From a virus, in IMG/VR virus record IMGVR_UViG_3300032770_000017, positions 16,208-80,207 of that record: a DNA stretch of 64,000 nt. One strand, given 5' to 3'. The notes below the pieces were generated by a model, which was not told where the DNA came from, searched no databases, and saw only the letters and a list, made by a program, of their open reading frames with translations. The translations under genes and the position numbers were made by a program. This document shows positions 61,633-64,000 of the stretch, in pieces. How positions within the stretch are numbered: position 1 is the stretch's first letter; the number at the start of each line of letters is the position of its first letter.

Positions 61633-62887
61633 CGTTTGCACCGCGGCTGAGGAACGAGTCCGATGGGTATTCGAGATGTTCGGGCGCGTCTATATTTCGT
61701 ACAGCGCCGGCAAGGACAGCACTGTGCTTCTTCACCTTGCGGCTCGGGAGGCCCGCCGTCGTGACCGCCGTCTCGGGGTGTTGCTGATCGACTTGGAAGG
61801 CCAGTACCGGCTCACGATCGACCATGCCCAGCGGCAGATAGCTGCCTATTCGGACGTGATCGACCCCTATTGGGTGTGCCTGCCGATCGCCCTGCGCAAT
61901 GCCGTGTCGGTGTTCCAACCGAAGTGGAAGTGCTGGGACGCCGCCGTTCCTGAGTCGTGGATCAGGGAGCCTCCCGAGGGCGCGATCACCGATCCCGCCT
62001 TCTTCCCGTTCTTCCGCGACGGCATGGAGTTCGAGGAGTTCGTGCCCCTCTTCGGCGAGTGGTACGCCGACGGCCAAGAGACGGCCTGCCTCGTCGGCAT
62101 CCGTTCCGACGAAAGCCTCAACCGGTACCGCACGATCGCGTCCTCGTCAAAGGTGCGCCGCGATGGCAGGCAATGGACCACCGTGGTCACGCCGAATGTG
62201 GTGAATGTCTACCCCATTTACGATTGGCGCACCGAGGACATCTGGACGTGGCACGCGAAGAACCCCGAGGCCGAGCACAATCACCTGTACGACCTGATGC
62301 ACAAAGCCGGGCTCCCGTTGGCCCATCAACGCATCTGCCAGCCGTACGGCGACGACCAACGGCGGGGACTGTGGCTGTTCCACATCATCGAACCGGAGAC
62401 ATGGGCACGCGTAGTCGCCCGAGTCAATGGTGCGAATGGTGGGGCGCTGTACGTGCAGGAATGGGGCAGCATCAACGGGTACCGCCGTATCACCAAGCCC
62501 GAAGGCCACTCCTGGCGGTCCTTTGCCGAATTGCTTCTTTCGTCGATGCCGCCTCCTATGGAACGCCACTACCGCGACAAGATCCTGCTGCACATCAAGT
62601 GGTGGCAGGAACGTGGCTTCGCCACTGGCATCCCCGACGAGGCACCCTATGAACTGGAAGCGGCGAGGAAGGCCCCGAGCTGGCGCCGGGTCTGCAAGTC
62701 CCTTCTGCGCAATGACTACTGGGGCAAGGGGCTCGGTTTCTCCCAGCACAAGAGCGACGCTTACAAGGCGTACCTTGACCTGATGCGCCGCCGCCGGGCC
62801 AAGTGGGGTGTGGACGAGAATGCCCTTGAACTGCCCTTGTCCGAGCTGGAGGACGCGCTGGAGATGGCGGGTGCCACCGATGGGTGA
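61607..62887 (+). CDS. ibrA: IbrA/YbdN-like PAPS-reductase-domain (DUF3440) protein
   Basis: SYSAGKDS PP-loop, GIRSDESLNR, YPIYDW..EDIW, RICQPYG, PSWRRVCK..LRND. Confidence 0.88.
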   Translation: MPKRYLPIDVCTAAEERVRWVFEMFGRVYISYSAGKDSTVLLHLAAREARRRDRRLGVLLIDLEGQYRLTIDHAQRQIAAYSDVIDPYWVCLPIALRNAVSVFQPKWKCWDAAVPESWIREPPEGAITDPAFFPFFRDGMEFEEFVPLFGEWYADGQETACLVGIRSDESLNRYRTIASSSKVRRDGRQWTTVVTPNVVNVYPIYDWRTEDIWTWHAKNPEAEHNHLYDLMHKAGLPLAHQRICQPYGDDQRRGLWLFHIIEPETWARVVARVNGANGGALYVQEWGSINGYRRITKPEGHSWRSFAELLLSSMPPPMERHYRDKILLHIKWWQERGFATGIPDEAPYELEAARKAPSWRRVCKSLLRNDYWGKGLGFSQHKSDAYKAYLDLMRRRRAKWGVDENALELPLSELEDALEMAGATDG

Positions 62888-63048
62888 ACGCCCGAAGCCG
62901 CGGCGCAGCCCGCAGAGCGAGGAAGCCGTCTCTCGCCGTCGCGAGGCCGAACGAGCTGCCGCCGAACGCGAAGCTGCAGAGGACCGGATCGCCGCCCTCT
63001 TGGCCGAGGCCCGTAAGCGCGTCCGGTCCGAGCGTTAGCCTTCCCGGC

Positions 63049-63603
63049 ATGTCGGCCCAACCGGATTACCCGACGTGTGGTGCGAAGCACACCCGCGATG
63101 GAGACCCCTGCATCAAGCCGGCCGGCTGGGGTACCGAGCACGCAGGCATCGGCAGGTGCAAGTTCCACGGCGGCTCGACGCCTTCCCACGTCGCCGCGGC
63201 CCGGAAGGCCATGGCCCAGCAATCCGTCGCCACGTTGGGCCTCCCGCGGGACGTGGACCCGCAACAGGCGCTCTTGGAAGAGGTGCACCGCACCGCCGGG
63301 CATGTCGCCTGGCTGAGCGATCTAGTTGGCGATCTGGACCCGCTGGACCTGTCCGACGGCGAAGGGTTCAGCGTGTGGGTGCGGCTCTACCAAGCCGAGC
63401 GTAAGCACCTCGTGGAGGTCACCAAAGCGGCCATCGCCTGTGGCCTGGCAGCACGGGAGGTCGAGCTGGCCGAGCGTGAGGGCGCGCTGTTGGCCCAGGT
63501 AATCCTTCGCATCCTCAGCGACCTCGAACTGAGCGACATCCAACGGGAGATGGCGCCGGGTGTTGTGCGTAGGCACCTGACCGCGGTCAAGGCTGCCAGT
63601 TGA
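63049..63603 (+). CDS. terS: Terminase small subunit (HGGxST motif)
   Basis: CGAKHT..GDPC..PAGWGT.H.G.GRCKFHGGST; precedes TerL. Confidence 0.75.
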   Translation: MSAQPDYPTCGAKHTRDGDPCIKPAGWGTEHAGIGRCKFHGGSTPSHVAAARKAMAQQSVATLGLPRDVDPQQALLEEVHRTAGHVAWLSDLVGDLDPLDLSDGEGFSVWVRLYQAERKHLVEVTKAAIACGLAAREVELAEREGALLAQVILRILSDLELSDIQREMAPGVVRRHLTAVKAAS

Positions 63604-64000
63604 CCCTTGCCGACCAATCGGTCTGGTCGCGGGCGATCGACCGGGCGCTCGAAGACGTTGACCGTGCCTTCGCCCCTGTGCCGAAGGATGAGGAATGGCG
63701 GCTCACTCCAGCCACCATGGCCCATCACCTCAGTCGTGGCCGGATCCGCCTGTGGCCGTACTTCGCCCTGCTCGGCCAGCGCTTCGCCGACGCAGTGGAA
63801 GGACGCGCGCCCCGCCAGATATGGAACATCCCCGCCCGGTACGGCAAGTCGCTGATCGCCTCCCAGTGGGGGCCGGCGTGGGCCTTCGATCGCACGCCGT
63901 CGCTCAAGATCATCCTGACCAGCTACGGCGACTCCCTGGCCGACAAGAACGCCCTGGCCGTGCGCGACCTGCTCAGGGAGCACAAGGGCGTCCTGCGGTG
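63600..64000 (+). CDS. terL: Terminase large subunit, N-terminal part (runs off window)
   Basis: TTG start overlapping TerS stop; WNIPARYGKS Walker A; IILTSY. Confidence 0.85.
   Translation, partial: MTLADQSVWSRAIDRALEDVDRAFAPVPKDEEWRLTPATMAHHLSRGRIRLWPYFALLGQRFADAVEGRAPRQIWNIPARYGKSLIASQWGPAWAFDRTPSLKIILTSYGDSLADKNALAVRDLLREHKGVLR

Overview
The window is about 64 kb of a high-GC (by eye ~68-70%) tailed dsDNA phage or prophage of actinobacterial type with siphovirus gene order. It looks close to one full genome turn: it opens inside the capsid-maturation protease gene and ends inside the terminase large subunit, so portal and most of TerL lie outside it. Gene order is protease, a host-interaction moron (VIT1-like, GH12 lipoprotein, DUF1003), major capsid, minor capsid-like protein, tail tube, two mini collagen-like peptides, then a ~9.3 kb amino-sugar synthesis and glycosyltransferase cluster (FdtA/FdtB-like, GNAT, two methyltransferases, flavoprotein-like, several GT domains, TPR). 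Next come long Gly-X-Thr collagen fibres, head-tail and tail genes, tape measure, an Asp-box receptor-binding protein, amidase and lysis genes, recombination/replication genes (Gam, RecT-like, SF2 helicase, DnaB-like, VRR-NUC), WhiB, a lytic transglycosylase, an IbrB/IbrA pair, TerS and partial TerL. The best candidate for a new system is a self-contained virion glycosylation system: the sugar pathway sits among BclA-like collagen proteins, and one ~68-aa Ser/Thr-rich module is inserted into four different structural proteins. Other notable signals are five free-standing homing endonucleases (three with a shared leader, and recoded or duplicated target-gene ends), a repeated GTTAGGAT leaderless-promoter motif, and a candidate structured ncRNA at ~51.7-52.3 kb. 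I recognised no integrase, DNA polymerase, tRNA or CRISPR array. All family calls come from motif recognition by eye, not database searches.
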